Assembly: GCA_030295235.1 (NCBI GenBank)
Contig: AP026134.1
Span: 310,001-374,000 of the forward strand
Direction of reading: 5' to 3'
DNA: 64,000 nt
Origin: Fistulifera solaris
Taxonomy: Eukaryota
The notes beneath the pieces were generated by a model that was given only the letters and a program-made list of their open reading frames with translations, made no database searches and was not told the DNA's origin. Shown here in pieces: positions 12,210 through 24,131 of the stretch (the first letter of the stretch is position 1; each line of letters starts with the position of its first letter). Both the position numbers and the translations under genes were made by a program.

Positions 12210-15200
12210 ATGGAGGTTGGCGCTCAAGTGTGGCTTCGAAGAGAGGAGTCTCACTGGGGTTGGGTTCCAGCCATCATTTCGAAAAAAGAGACAATTGTAA
12301 TTCGTGGCGTTGAGCTCATTAATCTTACCCTCAACGATGACGCGAATATCGAGGACACAATGCCATCTCCTGCGGTCAAAAAGTTCGGCAGGAGCGACTC
12401 TAGCCATTATGGCGAACACAGCCAGTTTGAAGTTGTGATTACCGTGGACCCGGAACAGCTCAAGACGGCGGACCATGATGATATCAAACTGCGAAATCTT
12501 CCCTCGTCCTATCATCTTTCCGGAGAAGACCCCGAGGCCCACGTCTTGGCGAGTCCTAGCACTCATACTAGCTCTCGAATTGTTGGAGGAGTAGATGATC
12601 TGATTGGATTAACACATCTTCATGAACCGGCGATCTTGCACGCCCTCCGATTGCGTTACGATGCGAATATAATATACACAAACACGGGCCCGATTCTCAT
12701 CGCTGTCAATCCTTTCAAAAAAATGGATATTTATTCGGACGCAATCATGGCGCAATATTGTCTGCAAGGTGAGACGGGCTCCGCGAAGCCCAACGCGAAT
12801 GCCTACAAAACACCCTTCCGACACCGCCCGAGCGGCACACTGCATACTCCTGGACTCGCCCAAGCGTCGGATAAACTACCGCCGCATGTGTATCAGACAG
12901 CTGACGATGCTTATCGAGCCATGCTGCGTGGGTTGGAAAACAAAGAACTGATGAAGACTCCTGCCTCTATTCGACGAGGCGATAGTGGGCTTGATCAAAG
13001 AGGTGTTCCAACCAATCAAAGCGTTCTAGTGTCCGGTGAAAGCGGGGCTGGCAAGACGGTTACCACGAAGATCGTCCTGAACTATCTGGCGATGCTTTCG
13101 AAGAGGCGTGGGTCTGACGCATGCCCACCTACTGATTCGTCGCGCCGAAGCTTTGATACGCACTCCATTGAACAACAAGTGCTTCAAAGCAATCCTATCC
13201 TTGAATCGTTTGGAAATGCTAGGACGATCCGGAACGACAATTCTTCTCGCTTCGGAAAATACATTGATATCCGCTTTTCTCGCGCTGGAAAGCTTTCGGG
13301 TGCTTCCATTGAAACCTATTTGCTAGAAAAGGTTCGATTGATTCATCCTGGTCAAAACGAGCGAAATTATCACGTCTTTTACCAGCTTCTTTCGGGTGCC
13401 ACTGGTGAAGAAAGACGTGAGCTTCTCTTGGGAAACATGCAAGCGAAGGATTTTAAGTTGTTGTCTCAAACAGGAACGTTTGGACGGCGCGATGGCATTG
13501 ATGACCGAGAGAATCACACCGAGATGCTGGATGCGATGGTAAGTCGTCTCTTGAACTTGTGTTTCCAAAAGCTATTACTATTGCTAATATGAAACTTGCT
13601 TGTCAGATTACCATGGGTTTTCCACCCTCGCTAATACAATCATTTATGAGGATGGTTGTTTGTATTCTCTATGGCGGCAATGTTTCCTTCACGGCGGCAC
13701 GCGACGGTGAATCCTGCCAGATGAATAAAGATAACGCTGCTCTTCTTTTGCCGAACTGTTGGGGCTGCAATACGAAGACCTGGCGGCAGCACTGACAACT
13801 CGCGTGCTCTTAGCTGGTGACGAAATCGTACATCGGTCACTGACAGTCGAGGCTGCGACGAAAGCCCTCGAATCGTTAATGAAGACGCTTTATGGAGCCA
13901 TGTTTGATCTGCTCGTCGAGTTGGTCAACGCTTCGATTACCAACGAAGGTGACGGCATGAGTACTGCATCTATTGGTGTTCTCGATATTTTCGGTTTTGA
14001 ATCCTTCGAAATGAATAACTTCGAGCAACTTTGCATCAACTATACGAACGAGGCTCTACAGCAGCAGTTTAACAAGTTTGTTTTCAAGCTCGAACAGCAA
14101 GAGTACGAGAAGGAAGGCATCATGTGGAAATTTATTTCTTTTCCTGATAATCAAGACGTTCTTGATCTCATTGATCAGAAGCATTCCGGAATTTTGGCTT
14201 TGCTCGACGAACAGTGTATACTTCCTAGTAGCACCGACGAAAAGTTCACGAGGTATTTGTACGCAAGATGCGACAAACATCCGCGTTTCCACGCGTCATC
14301 ATCACAGCGTGTTCGCTATGTCTTCAGTGTTCAGCATTATGCCGGACATGTTGAGTACACGACCGATACATGGCTCGAGAAGAACAAGGACGAACTTCCT
14401 GCCGCCTCGTCAGACCTTCTCAAATCATCTTCATTTGGTCTGATCAGCGAAGTTCAGCGTTACATTCGAGCGGAAGAACGTGGAGGTCGAGGAACTGTTG
14501 CCACCAAATCCGTCAGCTCGCAGTTCTCATCGCAGCTACGTGTTTTGCGTGCTCGCATTGAGCAAACGGTCCCGCACTACGTACGTTGTCTGAAACCCAA
14601 TGACGACCTTGCGCCTGATTTCTTCGAACCGAAAAACATCGTAGAACAACTTCGTTGTGGGGGTGTCCTAGAGGCTGTTCGTGTCAGCCGTGCCGGTTAC
14701 CCAACCCGTTATCCTCACGATGTTTTCTTAGCGCGTTACTATATTCTCAACGACAGCAGGGACAATTCACCTCAGAGCCCTGCCTTCTCTCCCGGAAATC
14801 AAACCCCAAAGATAGACAATCTAAAGAGGCTCATATCGAAGATCGCATATGATCTTTGGTACGCAGATCATCAAATGCTCACCGCTCTTTTGACTGCTGA
14901 AGCCGAACAAGATGAGGATAGGAAGTTGGAATCTCAGCAAGTCACCAACGTAAGTATTCTGTCGATTTGTTGAGCTTTGTGCTGGATGATTATCTGACAT
15001 TCTTCTCATTTGTTCTTGCTATAACAGCAAGTCGTTCACCGCAGCTCCTTGAGCGCGCTTCAGAAAAAGGTCAAACTGCACAATGGTCCACGGGGTCCCA
15101 ATGTTAATCTTGTCGTAGAAAGCTCAGTTATCAGTCCTGAAAATGCGCGTCGCAGATCTCAGAAAGATCTTCCGACAGCCGTCTTGCGGGAGAGACGAGA

Positions 15201-18200
15201 GCGCTCAACTGTTATGCGTCCTGAGAATGCGGCAGAATTCTTGTCATTAGACTTTGCCTCTCGGTGCGCAGTAGCTGGCTTGCAACTTGGTCGTACTAAA
15301 GTATTTCTTCGCCGCGAAGCCTTTGATCGCATTGAAGCTCTTCGTTCTGAGCGCTTCTTCACTGCAGCGGCCACGATCCAAAAGATTGTCCGCGGAAAGA
15401 TTTGCCGAGAATATTTCCTAACTCTACGAGCTGCAGCAATCAAGATCCAATGCATGTTCCGAATGAAATTATCTGTATTCAAACTAGAAGGACTCCGAAT
15501 CCTGAAAGCGATCATTATGATTCAATCGAACTGGAGACGGTACATATCGAATGTCATGGTGTCTGACTTCATTAAAGCTCGAAACGCCGAACGTCGCTCC
15601 AGACAACCCAGTGAGGACGATATTCTTAGAGCTGTCATATCTATTCAAACGAAGCACAGAGGAAGAATTGCCCGCCGATTGATTTCACACCTAAAATTGG
15701 AAGCTTCTAAGAAAGCTCGAAGATCTTCTTTACGCGAAATGGAAGAACAGAAGAAGAAACGAGAGGAGAATGAGCGTGCTGAGAGAGAGCGTCTGCTCCA
15801 ATTGCAGCAAGAGAAGGCCCGAAACACGAGATTAGTTACGCAATCTAGCAGTCCCATCCTGTCAGAACTCTTCAAAGAAATCCAGAATGAGAACTGGGCT
15901 ACTGTGGAAAGTATACTCGACAAGCACCCTGAATTGGTGGAAGCTGCTGATCTCAAGTCAGGAGAACTTGCATTGCATAAGATAGCTCGGCATGCAAATG
16001 CGTGGACGCTGCTTATTGATATGGTTCTCGTTCTCTATCCAAAAGCCCTAGTCCATCGCGATAACATGGGTGCGCTTCCGATTCACCACGCATCTGCTCA
16101 CGATAACTTGGCTGCGTTGGAGATCATCTACACTGCATACAAAGAAGGAATAAATGAGCACGACAAAATGGGCCGTCTCCCTATTCATGTTGCGGCCTAC
16201 TACGATGCTGTTGACGCGACGAAATTTCTCCTCTCAAAGTTTCCTGATGGCGCCTACACAATGGTGTATCGTCCTCCGCCAGACTCGGGTGGCGGTCTTC
16301 CCTTACACGTAGCTTGCAGTAACCATGCCTCCATCGGTGTAATAACTGCGCTGCTTGCAGAGAACTTTGCCTCAGCCAAACGCGCCGACGAAAATGGGGA
16401 TCTTCCGCTCCACCTCCTTCTTCGTTGTGGCGAAGTCGTTGACCCTGTCGTCGTCAAGACACTTTTAACGTGCTTCTCAGGCGCTTTATCGAGAACTGAT
16501 ATGAACGGTGATCTCCCGCTTGCGATAGCACTTAAACATCAGTGCAGATCCCCCGTCGTTAACGCGCTGCTCATGCAGTATCCGAATGCAGCAAACGTTT
16601 TGAACGGAGAGGGTCACAGCCCTATCTTCCTTGCCTTTAAGCACAACGCCGATGACCGAACCATAATGGGTTTGTTAAACCATGCACCAGAACTTGCCAC
16701 TGCCGTTGATAAGAAAACAGGTCTTCTTCCTATCCAGATTGCTACCGAGAACGAACACTCTCACTTCATTGTCCACAATTTGCTCAAACGAGATCTACCA
16801 ATCGACATCCATGAAAAAGTGAGAGCCCAGCTCATTCCCCATCATTATTCATGGAATCATGTCGTATCAAACACTGAAGACCTTTACCACCAAGTGGTCA
16901 CGAAGATTCTTCAATCTTGCACGCAACCTCAAGTGTTGGCTTTAGCTCATGTTGAAGGTCCGGACGGGAGAATCGCCCTCGCATCGGCTACCCCTGTTTG
17001 CAAACATGAAATGCGAGTTATGCTCCGCCTTTTTAACACTCTTGAGGTTGTGAACCAACGTCCTGCCTACACGAACCCAACCAGCGACACGCAAATCTTC
17101 TACGCTTTGCGATATGAGCCACCTCCTTCGTCCCACGGCGCATATACGATCATCCATGACGAGAAGAAAGACGGTGGAGACAATGACTTCGTAGAAGAAT
17201 ACGATGATCATTCCATTGTTTCTGCTGTATCTCGTGCCAGCATGAGATCCACTCTCACCAGTCGATCACAGCAAACAATCGAGGACAAACTTCGTCACAT
17301 CCGCAAGGAGAAGGGACAACAAGTCATCGCAAAATTGACTTCTCGGTCGGACGTTGTAGAACGGGAGCTCAAAGTTCGCAAAGACCATCACCTGTCACGC
17401 CATTACGTCCCAGCAATCATCAGTGTTCACCACACAGTGCAACACGCAGCCTATGCAGAAGCAATGGCTGAACCAGGGTACTGCATCACCATGGAAGGTG
17501 CTGATACGACGGCCGAAAATCTTATGCTAGACTTAAGAAAATCCGGCAAGACGTTCCCTATCAAGCCATTGAAACGAATCGGCATCTCTCTTTTGCATAT
17601 GCATGAACATGGTGTTATTCACTGTGATTTCGGAACACACAACATTGGTAAATTTGGAAGCAGGTGGAAATTGCTTGGAGTTGGTGGTAGTGTACCGATT
17701 GGCGAACCAACAGACCCGAATCGAGGCTTTTACCACCCGCCCGAAGCGATCGTAGTGGAAAACAAGAGAGTATCTATCGGCAAGAAGAATTGCACAGCCG
17801 ACATAATTTCCGTTCCAGCCCATCCGACTTATGATATTTGGGCATATGGGATTGTTGTTTACGAAGCTATCGCAGGAATTCCCCTGTCACCTTACGCTTG
17901 TCGTGGTAAGCGGCAGATGACAATGGCCGAGGTATACAAGATTGGTTCATGGGACGAAAGTAACCTCAAGAAAGCACTTCGACACGTTAACGATGACGAT
18001 GTCGCCAGAGATTTACTCAAGCGACTGCTCCATCATGACCCCCAACAACGATTTTCGTCGATGCGCGATGTTTTGGAGCACCCTTTCTTTACAGGAGGCA
18101 GTCTACAAAAAGATGCAACAAGACAAAGCACCTCGCCCGTGGCAGCACCTGTGAGCAAGAACCCCTCCCCACCGACGGAGATGAATAATGTTCGTTCATC

Positions 18201-18399
18201 GAAAGGAAGTTCGCACGATAAATATGTTTCATCGGTACGTTTGTCCCAGTCCAGTGACAATAGCATTGAAAATCGTGAGAACAACAACACGAGACGGCGA
18301 CCCCGCATCTTTTCCTCCGATTCTTCCGTCAGTTCCGAAAAGTCGTCTCGAAGTGCCCGAAGCTTTCGATTCCTGCGCCGCCCGCATCTCCAAGGTTGA
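12210..18399 (+). CDS. Unconventional myosin: motor domain, IQ motifs, coiled coil, ankyrin repeats and C-terminal kinase-like domain
   Basis: P-loop GESGAGKT, switch I NDNSSRFGK, switch II DIFGFE, RCLKPN and LQLGRTKVF; IQxxxRG motifs; LPIH/LPLH ankyrin repeats; HCD...PPE...DIWAYG kinase fold. Introns 13539-13606 and 14950-15027; one frameshift near 13750. Confidence 0.92.
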
Positions 18400-18609
18400 T
18401 AATCACGTAAACTAGTAAAAAGTAAAAGACTGACTGAAGGATATTGAGTAGTTGAGAATTCTATTATGATTATCACATTAATGGCTACGCCTAACGTGTA
18501 GACGGGACGATGCTTCTTTCGACGGCATTTCCGTCATGACGTTTTTTCAGCCCAACTGCTACTGGCGAGCTCTATATTCATGTCGCAAAATCGCCTGTGG
18601 ATTGTTGTC

Positions 18610-18627
18610 TTTTTTTTTTTTTTTTTT
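18610..18627. repeat. Poly-T tract (18 nt)
   Basis: Direct read of the homopolymer in intergenic DNA. Confidence 0.9.
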
Positions 18628-18875
18628 ACGATAAAAAGTTCGTCACGACTCATACATTCCAGTCATGAGTCGTCCTCTTGGAAGCATGCATGGATGATGG
18701 ATGATGAATGATGAATAATGATAAAAAAAAGGCGAAGGGATCGTTTTGCGAAAATGTCTTTTTTTGTATTATTTTGACGTGTGTTTTTTTGTTTTTGTTT
18801 GATAGGAAAGAAGAATGCATGAAAAAGGCTATTATTGTTTGCAGAATACGTTTTGTCATGGTCGACGACGTCCTA

Positions 18876-19982
18876 TGAGAAGGACGACAGCAATCCTACG
18901 GTGCCTTTGGAGGATCATGATTGGTCTATTCTTCTATTCCATAGGGTCGTTGTTGTTGTGGTGGTGGTGGCGGTGGTGGACCCTGTCGTATGAGACATGG
19001 GATCCTCCATCATTGACAACAACAACAACAACAACAACAACGAATTGCGAAAAACCATGGTTTCGTCTACTTTCCGATGCGGGAATGAGTCGGAATTGTA
19101 CCGGTCTTCCCTCGTGGCAGCAAATTACCAGTCTTTACGGAAATGAACCAATTATTGTGGGTCTCGAACGGTGTGAAACGTACCGTCAATGGGTGGCTCG
19201 TGATGATGGTGGTGTTGTTCCTCGCATTGCGGGACTTTACAATACCGGAACCAATGCACTCGCAAAATTGTTGGATTTGAACTGGGACACCGAACAGATG
19301 GTGTGGATGTTAAAAGGTTCTTATTTCAAGTGGGATGTTCCCTACGGCAAACACGTTCCGCTGCACCAAAAGACAACATTACCGTTCCGGCCCGGAATCC
19401 GACACCCAAAGATCAAGTATTACCGATTGTTTTGATCAAAGACCCCTTCTGGTGGATGCAATCCATGTGTCGGAATCCCTACGGAGTCAAATGGCCTCAC
19501 CATCCGGATCATTGTCCCAATCTCGTCGTCAACGAAATCGATCAAAAGCATTTCGGGGGTGAATGGCATACTGCCATTGCCGTCACGACCAAATATACCT
19601 TTGGGACACCCAAAAGAACAATGTACAGAAATTACAAATACATTCGGCTTCGTTGGTCCATTTGTGGAATGATTATTATCGAGAGTATCTGGACAGCACC
19701 CAACCGCGTCTCATGATTCGCTATGAAGATCTACTGTACCATGGACCAGCCGTTTTGACCGCGATTTCGACGTGTGTTGGTATGGCGTTATTGCCCCAAT
19801 TTCGGTATGTGACCGAAACCAGCAAAACCCACGGGAAGGGTGCGACCGATTTTCGCCAAGCGTTGGCAAAGTATGGCCATGCCACAGCACGCCTCACACC
19901 GTTGACCGCCGTCGATCAACAGTTTGCTCGTCACATGCTGGAGGAACGACTCATGAAGACTTTTCAATATCAATATCCGTAA
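18876..19982 (+). CDS. Type II membrane sulfotransferase-like (P-loop) protein; two apparent frameshifts
   Basis: N-terminal TM and Thr-rich stem (ACA repeat 19016-19040). GLYNTGTN resembles a 5'-PSB loop; KH motif, IKDPFWWMQSMC (3'-PB-like) and IRYEDLL are spread over three overlapping ORFs. Confidence 0.65.
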
Positions 19983-20070
19983 CAACATAATAACAAGGTC
20001 ATATGTAGAAGGAAAGAAATAATAGAATCACTCAGTTTTTTTTTATTCAGCTTGTTCATTTCATTTTTTT

Positions 20071-22541
20071 TTAGTAGAATCGTTGTGCCGACTTGTGGAG
20101 AATGGCGAGTGCAATGAGTCGAAAGACCACAAACTGTCCGATCAGAATGCACCAGTACCATAGCACTTCGTCGGGATCGGCTCCGGTATTGTCCAGTAGC
20201 GACTGGCAATAAATTTGGGACAAGAAGCTTTCCTCGCAGGTTTGAAATTCGGCAACGAGCAAGATGCGGGTAGCGTAGGTCATGGGACAGATGTATTGGA
20301 TCCAGCGCAACCATACGGGGATCAACTCGGGCGACACAAAATACCCCACAAACAGCATTTGCGGTAGCAAAACAAGTGGAAGAGCCGCTGTGGCAATTTT
20401 CGAGCTGCTGCCCGCGGCCGCTCCTAAAATCACCGCAATGGCCGTACTGCCCATGGCTAACGTGAAGCAAGCCCCGTAATAGTTGATGAATGAACCCCGA
20501 AAGTCAATGGCAAAATAGCAAATCAGAGTAGTCAACAGAGACTGCAGTGCGCCCATCATGGCTTCGATAGATAAGCGTGATAAGAAATAAGAACTGACGG
20601 AGTAGTGCTTTGTGGAATATTCACGAAGGAAAACCGGTCGTTCGTCAGGAAACGACAAAAGTCTTTGGGAAGAGGAATACAAAGAGTTAAAACGCGAATC
20701 ACCAGTCAAAGGATAATGGAAAAATAAACCACGAGAAACTTACGCAGCTTGAGCTGGTCCCATCATAATAATCGTGGCAACCATGATGATAGCTCCAAAA
20801 TGGCCCTGTAAATTGCTGACGGAGTCATTGGGAGCATTTCCAACGTCAAAGAAAATAAGACCAATGACGGATGCCAGAACAATGGTCTGAATAATCCTTG
20901 CCACCGTCACAGATTTCGCACGACGGATGTGTACGAGTTCTCGCCAAACCAACATGGAAATCTCCGTGGTCATGGTTGGCGGTTTTTCTTGCCTGAGGAA
21001 TGCTTTGGTTGCGTAGGATCAAAAGTTCCGATGTATCTACCTCATTTGTCACCGTTGCCTTTCGTTCATCCTTCGGAAAAAATCCCGCTTCTTCAAGCTC
21101 TTGAATCGGAACCTTTTGGGCAACCTTCATTATCCAGTCCGCTGGGTTGTAATTGCGAGGACACGGGTGTCCGCGCGCACCAAAATAATCGGCGATTGTA
21201 CTGACCGGTCCCTGGTACATGACGCGCCCTTTGTTCAAAAGAATCAGCTGATCAAACTCTCGGAAAATACGGGAGGATGGTTGATGGATCGTAAACATGA
21301 CACTGGCACCAACGCGAGCTACTTTCTTCAGCAGCTGACAGAGCTGAACGGCCGAAAACGAGTCCAAGCCACTGGTGGGTTCGTCGAGAAACAGCATGGC
21401 CGGTTTGACCACCAGTTCTACCCCCACACTTGTTCGTTTTCGTTCTCCCCGCTGATACCCTTAATCAATGGCCCACCCACGATCGTGTCCGCGCATGCGA
21501 CAAGTCCTAGTTCATGCAACATGCACTGGGTCATGATATCCAATTGATCGTCCGTGAGGGATCGTCCCAGTCGTAACTTAGCCGAAAATCGAATCGCTTC
21601 TCGTGGGGTAGCCGTCACTTGCAAGGAGTCGTCCTGTGCAACGAAAGCAATCATTTGCCGTACGCCAATCTTGGTAGGATCCGCCGGCACATTGTCCAGT
21701 GTAATGTTTGCTTTCACTTGAACGTTACCACCGCTAGCCGTTCTTCCCGATAAAACGTTCATTAACGACGTCTTTCCGGCTCCGGACGAGCCCATAATCG
21801 CGGTGGTCTCTTTTTTCGGAACCTCACCCCATACATTTTGTAAAATACGACGGTCCAGTATTTTGCCTCTACCTTTCTGTTGTAAGAGCAACAAATGATT
21901 GAATTGAGATAATGTGAAGAAAAAAATAATAAAGGCTGGCACTTTCCAGTAGGAGAGTAGTAGTGACTTACCACCGTCAAATTCACATCCTTCCAGGCCA
22001 AAGTCATACCTTCACGGATCGCAAATGGGTCGGCCTCGGGAGGAAGTGTTTCACGTATCGACTCGGGAAACTTGTCAGGGAAACCACGGAACGAAGCTGC
22101 ACTATTACTACTACTACTCCGCTGGCTGTCATCGGCCAATTCGGATGGCAATCCACAATATTGTTCGGGGGCATGCTTGACGGCTAATTGTATTATGGGA
22201 CGTTCTGGGGGTACTTCCGTAGCTACCTGGTAGTCCGCAGGGACGGACAACGACAACCCCTCGTTCATTGACAACAAGTTTTCACCTTTGTTTTCCGATT
22301 CGCGGATGGATTCGTCCACCGTGCGGAGCATTTCGGAAACGAGTTGAATGAGTTGAGCGCCGGTATTCGTTGCGGCGTTGTATTCTTCTGGTGTTAATAT
22401 GTCACAATTATACAGCGCTTCGGCGGGCATGCAAGAAGGAATATCAAAAACACCTTCGGCCGTCGTAGCATCGGCGATTACCGGCGTTGCGGTCGACGCA
22501 CTTTCACTTTCGTCTCTTGGTGCAGAAGAATCATCGGTCAT
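20071..22541 (-). CDS. ABCG (White-type) half transporter, NBD-TMD order
   Basis: Walker A GSSGAGKT, ISGG(E) signature (frameshifted near 21445), Walker B LFLDEPTSGLD, TIHQP, NPADW and ERPVFLRE in an ABC2 membrane domain. Introns near 21875-21972 and 20665-20743. Confidence 0.9.
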
Positions 22542-23190
22542 TTTTCTTGCTTATATACAAAAAGCTCGGCTCCAGCAGCTTTCAAACTTAATTGTGGACC
22601 AGATATTGCCTAAATAATACAGGGCAAATCGTAGAAAAAGGAATGACTTGTTTCTTTAATTGTCAATGATGGAACAAAACAAGCGAAAAAAAAAGGACCA
22701 GCCAAACACGTTATTGAGCGATAGCTGTTTTGTATACTGTCCAACTGTACTGGGTCTTGCTATTGCCGTTTCCAATAAAGACGAGTGTTGATTTTGTTAG
22801 TTAATGAAGTTGGCGTTGGTACGACATCAGGGTGCACGACTTTGATATATTTTTAGCTTTTGCGGAAAAAACCATCAATGGTCAATATTACAGAACGCCG
22901 TACAGACGAGCTGGTAAGACTGGCTTGAATGCAGTCGTGGCGAAAACCAGTCTACACTAGATACCTATAGTGCAATCGTCCCGTCATCTAGCGAGAGAGA
23001 CGTCTTATCTTCTGATTTCCTCGCGACAAATAAAATAGAATACTCCAGTGAACTGAGTCCTTAGGCTAATACGCTATTTAACTGTCCCTTTTATGCGAAA
23101 AATTTCGTCTCAATTTTTAGTTTTAGTGTCGTGATCATTGAACTGATTTCAAAAGCAGGAAACTGAGAGGAAAGGTTCAGACGGAGCTTG

Positions 23191-23907
23191 TTAGTATGCT
23201 CGTATCTCTAGAATCTCAAGATCCACATCCCCTATCGCGAATTTGGGATTCAGTTCTCCGCCGTACTCAAACTTGGAATAAATTAGTTGTATGCCAACCA
23301 CATTGCTTCGATTCAGTTCAACACCATTCACGACTGTCGCAAACTTGGTGGGCGTCAGTTTGTCAAAGGGGACTCGTATCTTTTTGGTGGTCGTGGGTAG
23401 GTCGAAACTGGCGGCCCACACCAAGCCATTGAAATCGGTGCTATCGCGAATACCGACTTTGAAGCGGCTTACCGATGGGCCCGTCCTTCGACGGAGCGTC
23501 AGTTCCAAACCCCGACAAGAACTCAGATCCCAGTTAAAGTTGGGTGTATTGCGAATGCCGATAAAGCCACCATTGTTCGCATCCGTCACGGTGCCCTTCC
23601 ACACACCATTCGCGAAAGGTAGACGACGAGGCTCCTCCCATGACGACATCATCGAGCCGGTGCAAAGGTAAAGGTCGGTGTAGAGGCTTTCCACAGTACA
23701 TCATTCGGTCTCACGAGCTGCTTGGACGCTTTGGAGGAGAATGGAGTAGGAACGAACTTGGAGGACTGGGACACGAAACGAAACACGTCCCAGGGCTTGC
23801 GTTCCTTGCTGGCCAAAGCTGTCGACGACTGTACGGCACGTTTCTTATTCGGGTAGAAAAGCCCGAGTCGAAGAGGCAAGAAATAATATTAAAAGGAAAC
23901 GGTTCAT
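23191..23907 (-). CDS. Plastid-targeted CIA30-domain (complex I intermediate-associated protein 30-like) protein
   Basis: ATG at 23907 gives MNRFLLILFLASSTRA|F (signal peptide + F). Then PWDVFRFVSQSSKF, DDVVMGGAS, NNGGFIGIR and YSKFEYGGELNPKF. About three single-base frameshifts. Confidence 0.8.
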
Positions 23908-23958
23908 GATGGTATACATCTCTTCGCCGGGTGGCAAATGCTGTGAGTTTTGTGACGG

Positions 23959-24131
23959 TGTTGATATCTATAAAATCAAAGTCAGCAACAAAAGTGTTCT
24001 ACGAATTAATGAGCATAATGTTACTCGATTGCGAAGGCGAAGGAAGTGAAGTCCTGGATTCGAGGATATCTGGGATTGCCTGAGGCGCTCGTCACTTATG
24101 GGTGTCGCAGTGGCTACAGGCATAATCAATA
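23959..24131 (-). repeat. 3' LTR (173 bp)
   Basis: Matches 29518-29691 except for one 3-nt and one 2-nt indel. Confidence 0.96.
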
